A DNA stretch of 62,600 nt, counting the filler, from Diploschistes diacapsis (lineage: Eukaryota): NCBI GenBank assembly GCA_023645945.1. It is 13 parts of 13 records of this genome, joined end to end, with 100 filler letters (N's around TTAATTAATTAA, not from the genome) between each part and the next. Parts side by side here need not be neighbours in the genome. Positions count along the whole stretch, not along the records: positions 1 to 22,131 come from JALAIB010000288.1; positions 22,232 to 23,797 come from JALAIB010002883.1; positions 23,898 to 25,463 come from JALAIB010002884.1; positions 25,564 to 27,129 come from JALAIB010002885.1; 9 more parts are not named here. One strand, 5' to 3'. The translations under genes were made by a program, and so were the position numbers. The notes below the pieces were generated by a model. That model saw nothing but the letters and a program-made list of their open reading frames with translations. It was not told where the DNA came from and ran no database searches. Below, piece after piece: positions 14,762-27,229 of the stretch. Within the stretch, counting starts at the first letter, position 1, and every line of letters starts with the position of its first letter.

Positions 14762-15543
14762 GATGGCATGAAGGACCCCTCGGTAAAGTAGAAAATTGGT
14801 CTCCAACATCTCACGTTTTGAAAACGGGGGAGACGCGGTTTAAAAAGGCAGCGGTGAGTGACGACGCGGGCAAATGGTGCTAAAAGAGGCTAGTGTGAGT
14901 GGCAGCGAAAATGAGGTACTAGGGATGTATAGTAAATAGTAAATAAGTAACGGAGGTAAAAAGTCTTTTTGTATACTGTTTTCAGGACACGTGACATCCG
15001 CTTTTCCTCTTTTCTATCGTGTACCATGTCTCCTCTTATCATTGGCTCGTCTCCGAGCACAAGAGTGGTGTCTATCTTTTCATATTATCATGTTCAAAGT
15101 TTCTGCTCCATTTTCTAAGCTCAATCGTGCTCTTTGAGTCAAAACACTCGGTCGTTCAACTATGATGACCTTTTCGCGAGTATCTCATGAAACCAGCTCG
15201 GATAAGTTGGGAAGACTGGCAGATGTTTTTTCTGACGAACTTCTATCGCGTCACAGCGCATCTGGATCACCTGCTTTGTAGGTACAAGAGTACAGCAGCC
15301 CTATGGGCGTCAAAGTCCATTCGAAGCTAAATTAATGAATAACATACATAAGTTCTCGCGAGATGCTTCAGACTAATTACCAAATAAAGCCCAGAAAGTT
15401 GAAGCTCTCCCCGGAACCTTTAGGTTTGTACTATAATTAATTCTGGGATTCTCATTAAATCGCCTCGCTATTTTCTATGCCCTGTTTTGTGGGTAACTAT
15501 GCAATAGAGCTTATATAATAGCGCATAAAGCAACTAAAATCTA

Positions 15544-15646
15544 CAGTACTAGGCCAAAAGTAGTTAGGTACACCATAAGCGGCAGTAAAGAGTTGACTTA
15601 TTTACTGCCGCTTATGGTGTACCTAACTACTTTTGGCACCTGACTG
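15544..15646. mobile_element. 103-bp Tc1/mariner-type hairpin MITE or internally deleted element
   Basis: TA-CAGT...ACTG-TA termini; perfect 37-bp inverted repeat (15553-15589 / 15601-15637) with an 11-nt loop. Confidence 0.75.
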
Positions 15647-15927
15647 TACTATCGTCGCTTTGCAGCTTTACAGAAATTTACCTACTAATCTATATCAAGC
15701 TAGTACACTGAACTCCGCAGCAGCGGCTGCCTGCCGAACTTTAAGCGAGTCGGACATCAAAATCCAAAAAATTTTGTACTAAACTTTTTCCAGAGGTAAA
15801 ACTCGATAAGAGGTGTGCACTGAGCCAGGACCTCATGTAACTTCCAGACAGCTCCCAGTCATGCTTTCAGCGAGAAGTATGCACTCCCTGCGGTGATCTT
15901 GCTGCTGCCGTTGTCGGTGAAGTCAAC

Positions 15928-18402
15928 ATGGCCAATAAAAAATCAACCACCAGGGTAGCACCAAAGACCTCCCCTGCAACGGCTCTTGCAGCTTCCTCTG
16001 AACCCTCGCGATCGCTCAAGTCGTCCATCTTGAAATCCTCATTTTCACCTTCGCACCTCCACTTGTCCCTTTTTGCTTCGGTAATTCAATCACTCGATTC
16101 GCAACAGCTGAGAGTGCACGACACAGTTTCTGGCCGTCTCAGATCCGACTACACACCTCACCGCAACCGCATCAATTGCATCAGCTGGGGCTTCTACGGC
16201 TCGGGGGATGGAAGCTGGGGTTTACAGCCTGCCAAAAAGAAGAGAAGGACGCATGAAGCACGCAGAAGTCCAGATCGAACCCATGGCGTTGCTGTAATAG
16301 CTGTAGGCACAAATGCCGATTCCATCGAACTCTTTTCTCCTCTCGAATCAAGAGTAGTTGGCAGTCTCAATCCTGCTCACGCACACGGTACGCGTCATTT
16401 TGAATTCAAGGATGCAGGTGTCAGCTCCGAGGCTTGGAGTCTTGGTGCAGATGGTACTTTGATACAGTGGAACCTGAGCACTGGAGCGCGCATGCGGTAT
16501 ACCGTTCCTCTACTATCTTAGGCCCCTGCTAATGTCTCTAGTCTTCTCCCAACACCTGCAGAATCTGTCAATAGTTTCACTCTCCTTCAAACAACTATCC
16601 TCGTTGCTTCGAACAGCAGCTTCCTCCTGGATCAGGAACTGGGTCGAACAAAAGCCACTTTTCCTGGATTCAAAGATCCAATCCATAGTTTAGTAGCCTC
16701 ACCAAGGCCGTGCACCGGCACTGCTTCTTCCTTATTCCTCGCAGCTGCCCACGCAAGTCGCTACGTCAATGTCTATGATATCCAGAGCAGTTCTTTGGTT
16801 GGCAATTTGATTGCGGACAACGATGTGGAAATTTTGGCCTTCCGAACAGGATCCTTGCTTGGTGACGACTCGGAGCGATACCAACACCCGCTTGCTGTTG
16901 TGACGAAGGACGGCAGGGTTGATTTGTTCTGGTCTCCCTTTGACAACTGGCAGAACGCGAAATCGAAACCGCAAGACTTGAAAACCAGATCGAAACAATC
17001 GACCAGAAGGCCGGAAGCAACTATACAGTTCTCCAGGCCGGACAAAGCCGAAACTCCAGTTCCTATCGTCAACGTCTTGTTCCATAATTCAGACTTAGTC
17101 TTGGCCCTGGCGGAAGGTAGTGCAGACTTGAGCTTTGAGAGACTAGCTTGGCGAAACGACCTCGGAGAGCCATTACTTTCGGGCTTCAACCAACGAACGA
17201 AAGTGAAAGTTTTAGGCTTTGGCGTTGAAGCAACGAACGGTGCGAAGGACGTTGGAAACAGTCATGTTGACGAAGCGCAGGCGGCTGTTGCGCAAGGCCT
17301 TGATGCCCGAGATGAGGAACTTGTCAATGGGGAGCCAATAGTCATTGAGATTTCGAGTGCCGAGGAACAAAGTGAGGACACTGATTGCGAGAAGGAAGAT
17401 CAGCCGTCAAAAGTTACACCATTCACTAATGGCATCCATGGTGGAGACACAGAGATGGCCGGTGCTGCAGACGGCGAACTACGCGAGGATCGTGAAGAAG
17501 AGGGCCAGGAGTTATCTTTTGGTGACATGATTCGAGCGAAATCGAATGGTGTCGTCGACGTTGCCGCTGCACTCCCGGCTGCAAACGAGCAGGCCATTGT
17601 CTCTGCAGGCGAAAGGGTAGATGTATCGACCAATCTTTCAATGGGAAGCGTTCTATCACAGTCTCTGCGTACTAACGATATAGGACTGCTCACAACTTGT
17701 CTCGAGGTCGAGGATCTTGAGATCGTCCGCGCAACAATAGAGAGGCTGAACTCTGATCTCGCGATGACCCTACTTCAGAAACTGGCAGAAAGGCTACACA
17801 ATCGACCGGGCAGAGCGGGAAGTCTCCTGGTGTGGGTCCAGTGGACGCTAGTCGCCCATGGAGGCTATCTTGCAGCAAGGCCAGACATTGTCAAGAAACT
17901 TTCTTCCCTACATACAAGTGTTCGAGAACGCGCAAGAAGTCTCCAGCCTCTCTTGTGTTTGAAAGGTAAACTTGATATGCTAGAAGCCCAAATCAATCTC
18001 CGCAAGAGTATACAACGTCGGAACCAGTTTTCATCCGATCAGCGGGGAAGCCGAACCCCTGTAGTCTACGTTGAAGGTCAGGAAGAGTCAGGCTCCGAGT
18101 CTGAAGAAGAACGGCCCTCGAGCGTTTCGGCTCTGCAGCTAAAAGGGCCCTCTGATGTTGATGGCGGCTCGGGCGCTGATGATGAAAGCGATGAAGACGG
18201 AGACGATGCTATGGAAGTCGACGAAGACGAAGACGCGGATGAAGACAGTGAAGAGGAAGGCTTTATTGACGACGAAGCCTCAGAGTCCGGTACATCCCAC
18301 GACGAAGATTTGGGTGACGACGTTGACTATGACGATGTCGAGTCGGTCGAGGGAAGTGGAGACGAGGCTTCATCAGGATCCGAAATCGAGGTTCAAAACT
18401 AA
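15928..18402 (+). CDS. UTP5: SSU processome subunit Utp5-like (WD40 N-terminus, Utp12 domain, acidic tail); exons 15928-16496, 16542-18402
   Basis: C-terminal SLRTNDIGLL..IVRATIERL..LAERLHNRPGRAGSLLVWVQWTLVAHGGYL..LKGKLDML. A 45-nt intron (16497-16541) links the two ORFs in frame. Confidence 0.85.
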
Positions 18403-19935
18403 GGCTAGCGGCAAGTATAGAAGAAGCAAGCGCTAGGGTTCGAGTTGTATCTTGCGTTCTCACGAAAGTCCTACCTCCTCGGCATTGTCTATGTTCGAGA
18501 CGTGCATCGGCAAGCAAGAAGAAGCATCGAAGCAAGCATATACTGTATCTTATGCATGATGAAACGAGTGCATGGTCGGCGAACTTCTGTGGATTGCTTG
18601 TTTGGAGCGTTATACCCCTTGACGTTTTCAATGTATCTATGAATCAGCTTTATGATTAGGGTCTACGAATAGGCATCCTTAGGTTGGTTCAGTAACCACC
18701 GTCAGGTTCAGGAGCCACAACGTAGAATTCGCAAGCAAGCACACACATGCTTCTTGCTTCATGGACTAAACTTCAGATACCTTGCATACGTTAACCTGGA
18801 CCCGGCATGATCATGATAGGCAGGCGATAGTAGTCAGCTTACATTCAAACGGGAGACTGTTTTTTATATCAATGCTTAACGTCATTTGCAACCTGGTGGC
18901 CTGTTCGTATAGTCCTTGGAAGCACTCACGACGTGAGTGAGTGATACGGGGATGGAAAGCTATTTGAAGTGGCAGGTGATACTGGGAGAAACAAAGCCGA
19001 TGTTTGACGCGGATGGATCCCAACACAGAAACCAAGCATCTCCACCGTTATCAGAGTATCCAATCCAAATATTCCCATCTACTGGCCTTCGAATCTCTTC
19101 AAACCATCTACAGTACAGGTTCCGATTAACATAAGAACTGCTTATCTCGTTCTCGGTTGCTTCTATTCTGCTCGTCTCTCTTTCGATGTCCCTGGCATCC
19201 TGGCATCCATCGTCTAGTCTATAAAATTTGCTAGACGGCTTCGTATAAGACATGCTCGGAAACGCTGCCAGAGTACAGAGTTCAATTGCTCACTGCTGCG
19301 AAAAATTCCATGTCTCGGGAGTCCTGATGTTTCTTGCGGCAACGTGTTTGATGTGATGTTTGATCTGAATGTCTTCAAAAAAAAAAAGGATACTGCATTT
19401 TTTTTCATATCTTTCGTCGTACTAGCATTCCACAAAGCTTCAAGTCTACCTTGTCCATCAACAGCTTTACCTCTTTACGAGCCCAACAGTCATCGAGAAG
19501 CTGTTACTATCATGTAAAACTAAGGTTACTGAGCTATGAACCTGCAGAAAGCTTTGTGGTGACTCTGTGACGTTTAATTTGCATTGCGCGCATTCTTGCA
19601 TTGGGCTGTAAGTAGCGCTGTCTCACACGAGCTCACTTTTCCGTGTTCGGTATGGGAGCTCAAACAATAGGGCTCTGAGGACAAAGAAACTCTGCACGCA
19701 AGGCGCAGCACCTCCCGTCCGGAAAAAGCCTTTACAATCAGACTTCAAAGACATTCGATCTGCTTGAGAGACAAAGACACGGAGGCATGACGAAGTGCAA
19801 ACGAGCCATGGCCTACGCTTCAAAGAAGCTTGGTTCCTTTTCATTCCTGCTGATCTGGCGAACCTTTCCTGTCACTGCTTTCAAAGTCAAAGAACCACTT
19901 GTTTTCTGCCTACTGATCAATGCATTTCTTTCTCC

Positions 19936-22131
19936 ATGTTCTACCACCGAATCCTTCCACCGCCGTCAAATCTTGCCAAAGCCCCTGTAGCCGGCGTGAA
20001 ACCACCCAACGGAGACACGCTGCTGGAAAACAGGATCATAATGAGTGAGAATCAAAGGCTGCATACAGATCGCAGGCAGAGTCAGATACAGCAACACACG
20101 CCCTCCTTCTCGGACGAGCAAGTTCAAAGAGCCGAAGACGATCAAGTAAACTTATCGGGAGGATACGCTACGAGGTCTTCAGCTCGCTTGTCCCGCAAGC
20201 GGGATTCCGATCCTTCGCCCGAGGAGAGTAGCCAGCTTAGCAGGAACAGAGTCGCCTCGGTCTCCGGCGAAGGCCCCGGTACAAAGCTTGCAGAATCCCC
20301 AAGTCAACTTTGTCTGTGCCAGCCAGATCCAAAGGTTCCTAGGCCAAGAAATGGTGAGAATCAAGTAATCTACTTTCTTGACCTCCAAGTTGTGTTGTGA
20401 TGTGATGTAGATCTGCAATCCTCCACTAACACCTTTTTTAGCCTTTATCCTATTCCGCCAACACCATCAAGCGGCAGTCGTTGCTCAGAACCCAGGGCTT
20501 GCAAACCCAGACATTTCCAAGATTATCGGCGATGCGTGGCGATCATCATCGTCGGAGGTCAAAAATCATTGGAAAAGGCTAGCAGATGTATGTAGCGTGT
20601 TCTTTTCATCCGGCGTTCCACTAATAATCTCTTGTTCAGGAGGAGAAGATACGCCACCAGAAGCAATACCCGGATTATCGATACCAGCCACGACGAGCAG
20701 GGAGGAACTCCGTGGCCAATTCTACCACCACGGACCCAGACACCCAACGATGTCTAAAATGCGGAGGTAAGACGATGCCAACGCCTCACAACTTGCCAAC
20801 CCCAGGTGTGACACCCACCCCTATGTCCCCACGTGCACCGATACTCCACAGCCAGCAAAATGGTGGTAACGGTAGTTTCAGTCGCCCATCTCGCTACATC
20901 TCAAGCCCTCCGCCTCCACACAGCGAACTAGCTCGAGTTCATCCAGGGGTAGGAGGCGGGCCATTGGCCTTCCGGAACGCTGCCAGGTCGTATCCAGAAA
21001 CGTTTCTTCAAGTAACACCAGACTTGAAGCGTCGCAGGTTGGAGAATCCATACAATCAGGCGCTCCCAAGGACAGCGAACGGGCCCATGCCTCCGCCTCA
21101 TTCCCAGTCCTTGCACCGCGCTTCCATGTCACGGACAGACCTGGGGCTGAGGAATCCAAGCCTAGCTGTTCAAAGGCCACACGCTACGATTATCCCACCG
21201 CAACTCAAAGCCGTGGCTTTGGCGCCGTTGAGGCTAGACGAAACTAAGGACTCTGCCGCTCAGGCGAAAGCCGTAGAAGCGATGGTGATGTCCATCCCGG
21301 CGATCAACAAGATCAAGCTCCTGGCCAAGATCTCTCCTCCGCTTCCAGCGCCAAGCCCTGCGTCTCCTCCTCACGCTACTCGCGGCGCTCTTCTAGCAAT
21401 CGAAGGCAACGACGAAGAAGCCATAAAGAACGTCGTGAACTACCTCAAAGACTACCTCGAGCGAGACAGCGACTACAGGATCCGGGTCTACTCCAAGCCG
21501 GCGCCGACCCGCTGCGAGACCATCTCCGAGTGGATGAAGCTCATGCGGAGCTACCACGAGCAGGCCGAGGAGATCATCAAGTACATCACCACCGTGCCCG
21601 GCAAGCCGAACGCCAACGCCCAGGACCCCACCGCAAACATTGCTGCAACCGAAGCCAGGAGCAACAACTCCTCCCCCGTCTCCCCCAAGAGCCTCCGATC
21701 CTCCAAAAAGCAGCAAGCCACCAAACCCAACGAGCCTGGCACCGACTCCGACAACGGCACCGGCGACGGCGACACGGAAATGCAAGGCACGAACCCCAAC
21801 GCCGAAGACCCAAGTGGCGAAGCCGTGGGCCTCGGACCCCCCGACGCCGCCCAATCCCGAGCCCGGCCCCCTTCTCTCCCTTGCAACCGGCCCCGCGACC
21901 CGATCCCCATCGCCCTGGTGCCCAAATACCAGCTCACGCTGACCGACGCCGCGGCCTCGATCATCCCCATCCTGGACGAGTACTCGCCCACGGACCACTG
22001 GCAGTGGATGGCGACGCTGTGGCGCGGGATCGTTGGCCCGGACGTGACAGTCGACGTGAGGACGCTGAGTGGAGTGGAAGGGCTGGGCAGTAACCAGCAG
22101 GGGGGAGCAGGTGGTGGTGGTAGTGGTGGTG
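19936..22131 (+). CDS. Sequence-specific HMG-box transcription factor (Rox1/Rfg1-like, SOX/MATA_HMG class), 3' truncated by the contig end
   Basis: Spliced HMG box: KVPRPRN|AFILFRQHHQAAVVAQNPGLANPDISKIIGDAW..WKRLAD|EEKIRHQKQYPDYRYQPRR; introns 20354-20441 and 20588-20639. Confidence 0.88.
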
Positions 22132-22231
22132 NNNNNNNNNNNNNNNNNNNNNNNNNNNNNNNNNNNNNNNNNNNNTTAATTAATTAANNNNNNNNNNNNN
22201 NNNNNNNNNNNNNNNNNNNNNNNNNNNNNNN
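22132..22231. other. Artificial contig linker N44-TTAATTAATTAA-N44. Also at 23798, 25464, 27130, 28795, 30458, 32120, 33782, 55973, 57633, 59290, 60946.
   Basis: Twelve identical 100-nt spacers whose core gives stop codons in all six frames. Confidence 0.98.
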
Positions 22232-22706
22232 TCAACATCCCATCTATTCGCAATCTAATCTTCTAAATACATCTTAATTAAATTTTATTTTTTTATCTTT
22301 TTAATACTGGCAGGCCATTTAAAGACAATTAAATATCCCTTTCCTTTCTTTTTTCATATTTTTATAAATAATATCTTCTTATTATGCCTGGAACTTTTAG
22401 ATCATAACCTTCTCCTTACCTTTCTTAAGATGTGGAAGGGTCCTTAAACAAGTCCTTAGGTTAGCCCTCATTATAAACACAAAACGCGCTGTCTAAAGAG
22501 ACTTCCCTTGCTATAATAGGTAAATAGTCGTAAGGGGTGTAGTAAAGGAATGTAGTATGATTTCGTAATCAATAGCATACCTAGATAGGACATTTATAAA
22601 GTATAGGATGCATTCCTTGTCTAGAGCTACCTAACAGGCCTCCTTAAATGGAGCTGCCCTGTGGGGACTACCCCCACCAAGTCTGCCGCCTACTTTTATG
22701 TTTACA
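22232..22706 (-). mobile_element. LTR of family A (partial), inserted into a Copia reverse-transcriptase region
   Basis: Reverse complement of the repeat starting TGTAAACATAAAAGTAGGCGG at 32815 and 33346. Confidence 0.75.
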
Positions 22707-23797
22707 CTATATCCTTCAAATAACATTATATAGATCTAATACGTCAACGACGTCTTCGTAAATGCATTATTGATGTTTATTTAATAACATTCTAGATCTT
22801 TTGCTGTAATGACCGTTAATAGGATGCGTAGAAAGTCCGCTCGAATAATAAGAATAAATATCTCGATAAAATCGATTCTTTTCTGCTGCGAGAATCCTTT
22901 TGCGATTAATTTAGTTTTAAATTTTTCAATATCGCTATTAAGATTGTATTTCACGTCGAATACCTATCTTGAGCTTACTATGTTAGTATTCTTTAGTTCA
23001 GGTAGTTCAGTCTAGGTCTAATTTAAGAATAAAAAATCGATTTTCTTTCCTATTACTTCTTTTTATTCTTTTTTAAAGATTAGGTCATTAATGGCCTCTT
23101 TATAGTTCTTTAGAATACTAATTCGAGATAATTTTGGTTTAACGTCGCTGATTATTTCTTGCTCGCTGGCGACTAGCGCGACATAGCTTCTTAAGGCTTT
23201 AACCGACGAGTATCCTTTATTGTCCCGTTCTCGTTTGTTAATAATAGGGGTCGTGTTAAATAGCTCTCTGTCTTAATACGTAATTATTCTTATTGATATA
23301 TTATTCAAGTTCATTTTGGTTGATTTAGATTTAAAATAGAATTCGGGTTTAAATTTAAATTTAAATTCAATATTTTTCTTTAGAATTTCTATTTATAAGA
23401 ACTTCTTGACTGAAGCATCGGTTCTTAGGATACTGTAATTTATAATCGATTTAAATGGTTCAGCATCTTCTATCTAACCTTTTAAAGTATAGGCCCTTAG
23501 GGTGCTGTAATCTACCGCTGGTTTAAATGGTTCAGTATATTCGTTCTAAATTTCCTATTTCTATATTATTGATGTCCTATTGTCGTTCGTGATTGACGTA
23601 TTATTATCGTTTATTATTGACGAGATATTTATTTCCCCGATACTGTATATTAGGTTAACGGTTGGTCGTTTTATTGGTTTTCGGATAAATATTATGTTAT
23701 CGTTTTTGTTATAGTTTTCGAGAAGTTTCAGTTTTTAAAAAGTAAGTGTTTTATTTTTTTTAAATTTGATCGAACTCGTTTTAATGATTTTTTAAAG
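22707..23797 (-). mobile_element. RIP-degraded Ty1/Copia pol fragment (linker and reverse transcriptase)
   Basis: Minus-strand translation IVSSR*VFDVKY..KFKTKLIAKGFSQQKRIDF..LRILL..KDLECY*..NNAF resembles Copia RT with W/Q codons mutated to stop. Same family as 32220-32814 and 61046-61725. Confidence 0.85.
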
Positions 23798-24160
23798 NNN
23801 NNNNNNNNNNNNNNNNNNNNNNNNNNNNNNNNNNNNNNNNNTTAATTAATTAANNNNNNNNNNNNNNNNNNNNNNNNNNNNNNNNNNNNNNNNNNNNTTA
23901 TAATCCTTCTTAATAATAACTCGGATTAGCAAACCGCTTATCTTAAGAACCCTTTATATATCTATAGTTATTATATAGGTTAATTACAGAAAGAATAAAT
24001 CTATAAGGATCACGATTATAGACCTAATATCGGGAAAGTAAACCGTTTTCGTTAAAATATACGGGTTTAATAAGCGGATCAAGAAGCTATCCGACATCCC
24101 GAATAATAAGTAATCTAAAATTAAGATTTAAGATCAAAAAAACGAATCGTAAGGATTCTA

Positions 24161-24756
24161 ACTAGGCTGGCCGTTTCGTGCCACGGTCACTGACACGGAC
24201 ACTACAGCAAAAAATTTCAAAACACGGACACTGACACGGACACGACAGCTAAAATTTTAAAACACGGATACTAACACGGACATTACACTACAGTAAAAGC
24301 ACGGACACGGACACTGCAATTAAAAATTTTAAAACATTAACACTAACACGGACACTACATTTCCGTAAATCCACCGAAACACTACGGTGAATCCGCCGAA
24401 ACACCGCAGTGAAATTTTTTTAAAAAAATAAAAGCGTAAGAAATAGGCGTGATAATTCCAGAATTATTAAAATTAAAAAAATAATTTAAAGTGTTTCGGT
24501 GAATACACGGACACGGACACCGCAATAAAAAATTTTTCGACACGGACACTGACACGGATATTATACTATAATAAAAGCACGGACACGGACACTATAATTA
24601 AAAATTTTAAAATATTAATATTGACACGGACACTGTACTTCCGTGAATCCACGGACACGGACACCGCAGCTAAAAAATCTAAAACACGGACACTGACACT
24701 GTCAGTGTCCGTGTCACTGACACGGCCGTGTCAGTGTCAGTGACGGCCAGCCTAGT
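24161..24756. mobile_element. Non-autonomous TIR element (hAT-like MITE) with dense ACACGG/ACACTG subterminal repeats
   Basis: 14-bp TIR ACTAGGCTGGCCGT...ACGGCCAGCCTAGT; no ORF; partial second copy at 59747-59922. Confidence 0.75.
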
Positions 24757-25463
24757 CTTATTTAATAGATCCGAATCCGCTTATAACTAACGAACTCGAT
24801 CTCAACCTCCGGGTACTGCCAACGAAGGATTTAGATCAAGTCTGCCGCCTCTATAATCTCGGTACACACCTCTAAGTTAACCGAAAGAGCTTATACTTAC
24901 TCCGTTTCTAATAATTTCAAGAACTATAACTATATTTAACAAATAATTATCAAGGATGCCTATTATCGAAAAACAACAAAGCATAACGCCTACTTAAAAA
25001 AACGACATCATACGATCATTTAAAGAATAAATAAGAAAACCCTTTTAAAAAGAAATAAATATTTTACTAAATAATTACGAGCGTCGAAGAAATCGTCGAC
25101 CATAGAATCCATAAGACGATCTTCTCGAAAACGATCCGCCTAAATTTACGACAAAACGTCAATTTAATGCTCGCACGATCGGATACTTCGATCTAAATTA
25201 AAATACTCCCGCCGTCGAAGTTAAAGATAAATATAATATATATCACGATCCCTACGTCTTCGTCGAGAAACTTCGAGTAAAGCTAATTATAAAAACCAAC
25301 GAATTCCTAGTATAGAATCTGAATATCTATTTATTAAAGGTAACGAATCGATGGTATATCGAAGAAATTAATAAAATAATAAGAATTAGATTTCGAACTA
25401 ACGACGTCGAGATATGATACGATAATTTAACTGCTCGCTTTAAACAAAGTTCGGATAAAGTTT
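24757..25463 (+). mobile_element. RIP-degraded retrotransposon remnant, probably Gypsy gag
   Basis: AT-rich, stop-riddled, with a FNARTIGYFD segment reminiscent of fungal Gypsy gag. Confidence 0.4.
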
Positions 25464-25563
25464 NNNNNNNNNNNNNNNNNNNNNNNNNNNNNNNNNNNNN
25501 NNNNNNNTTAATTAATTAANNNNNNNNNNNNNNNNNNNNNNNNNNNNNNNNNNNNNNNNNNNN

Positions 25564-25727
25564 GGGGGTAGTGCCTAATAGGTAGCAACTATCCCACTGA
25601 GCCACAAAAGACTGAACACAATGCTTTCAGGAACCCCGAAGCACTGTTTCCCTATTACACTATATGTAGGTGCGTGGCTGTGGCAGCAGGGGGACCTGAA
25701 CCCCAGGGCGCACCTTTGAGTGTTACA
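25564..25727. mobile_element. End of an LTR (…TGTTACA) inserted into a Fot1-like transposon
   Basis: GC-richer block ending in TACA that abuts Fot1 sequence. Confidence 0.45.
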
Positions 25728-26111
25728 ATACTTAAATCGATATATATTAAGTTTATAACGCTTCGTAAAGAAAACCGAGAATAAAAAACGTTTCTTAATA
25801 ATCGTAAGAAACGTAAATCAAATAAACGAATCGAATTAAAAAGATCGTTTTATATTTAGTACAAACGAAGTTCTTAAGATAACAATTCGGATTAAATCGA
25901 GTCGAATAATTTCGAAACGACCTACAACGCGTAAAAAACGTCGTCGCGTTTTTAAAATCGAGAAAGATAAAAAGGAAGAAAATAGATTCGATTTAAATCG
26001 ATTAGATTTTAATTACGACGAATAGGTTATATCTAAAAACCGTAGAATGTTAGCGGTAGTGATTTGAGGTAGCCGGAATCTGGGGGTGGCCGGAATCCCC
26101 GTGAAACACGT
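25728..26111 (+). mobile_element. Fot1/pogo transposon 3' end with TIR
   Basis: Near-identical to 27830-28208; TIR ends ...GGGGGTGGCCGGAATCCCCGTGAAACACGT followed by TA. Confidence 0.85.
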
Positions 26112-26467
26112 TAACGATAAAATCAAACAAAACTAAACGACCGAAATAAAAAATATAATCGACTCGATTTCTTAATAACATCCCTGACAAGAAACAATAG
26201 ATTAATAGACTCTATATAATATCCAAGATCGACGAGATTCATTCTATTCGAACTCTTTATAATTTTTTTTAAATTCTCAATATCTACAATAATTAGGATA
26301 CGGATCTAATAAACAACCTAATCTAGATCGTAAAAAGTCAAACTTTAAAAACCTTTAAATACTTAAAATGGTAAATCATTTTTTATTATTTTAAAACTCT
26401 TTTAACATTATCGTTCTATTTAATTTTAAGATAGAAAAGTATTTTAAAAAAAGATATTAACTAAATC

Positions 26468-27129
26468 TGTTGAGCAGGCAGGCAGAATGCATGGCTGGGA
26501 GGCTCACCTGAACCCTTTTGGGTTCCTGTTAATCCGGATTGGGAGTGGCGTAAGCCTATAGGGCTTAGCGGATCCTATAAATATAAAGGTTTGCATGTAG
26601 GTTATTCCTCTTAAATAGATCTTCAGACTTAATACATACGTTATACAATAGGTTATAAGTTCGGGTTAATTTACTATCCCGTCGCGTATATATATTGAAA
26701 GTGTTTCCGGGCAGGTGTTACCGTAACGACTACGGGATCCAATTACGCTACCTATTATAGGTTAAATTGAAAAGATTTTAAAATCTCTAGATCTGGATTA
26801 TAGCACCCTGGGGTGATCAGATCCAAAATAGAAGTTAAATTACTTATTAATAAAACGCGGGTACCGATTACGCTGCTCTAGAAGAGCTAAATTGGCTGAA
26901 CCACGTTAAAGTTTAGGACCTGAATACAGGTTTATTTAGTTGACATCCGAAAAAACTTTTTTTCTCGACAAATATCGAAGTTTGGTTAAACTCGTTGAAC
27001 TTATTCGATTACCTTTATTTTTTTAATAGAAAATTTATACCTTTTTATTCCATTTATCAACGATTTATTAATTATGATTTATTTATTATATCAATCTTTT
27101 TTGTTTACGAAAACTGTAATTATAAAAGA
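26468..27129 (+). mobile_element. Repeat family B (probable LTR, starts TGTTGAGCAG)
   Basis: Co-linear homology with 61726-62400, where it interrupts a Copia element. Confidence 0.6.
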
Positions 27130-27229
27130 NNNNNNNNNNNNNNNNNNNNNNNNNNNNNNNNNNNNNNNNNNNNTTAATTAATTAANNNNNNNNNNNNNNN
27201 NNNNNNNNNNNNNNNNNNNNNNNNNNNNN

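Noticed and set aside
18811..19435. Short ORFs between UTP5 and the HMG gene
   Set aside because: No recognisable motifs or consistent splice model; may be a relic but cannot be supported.
19936..22131. MAT1-2-1 mating-type gene
   Set aside because: The protein is long with an N-terminal HMG box, its introns are not at the MAT1-2-1 positions as I recall them, and there is no APN2/SLA2 neighbourhood; it fits a Rox1/Rfg1-like factor better.
24161..24756. CRISPR-like repeat-spacer array
   Set aside because: Units are degenerate hexamers, spacers resemble each other, the block has TIRs, and the host is a eukaryote with no cas genes in the window.
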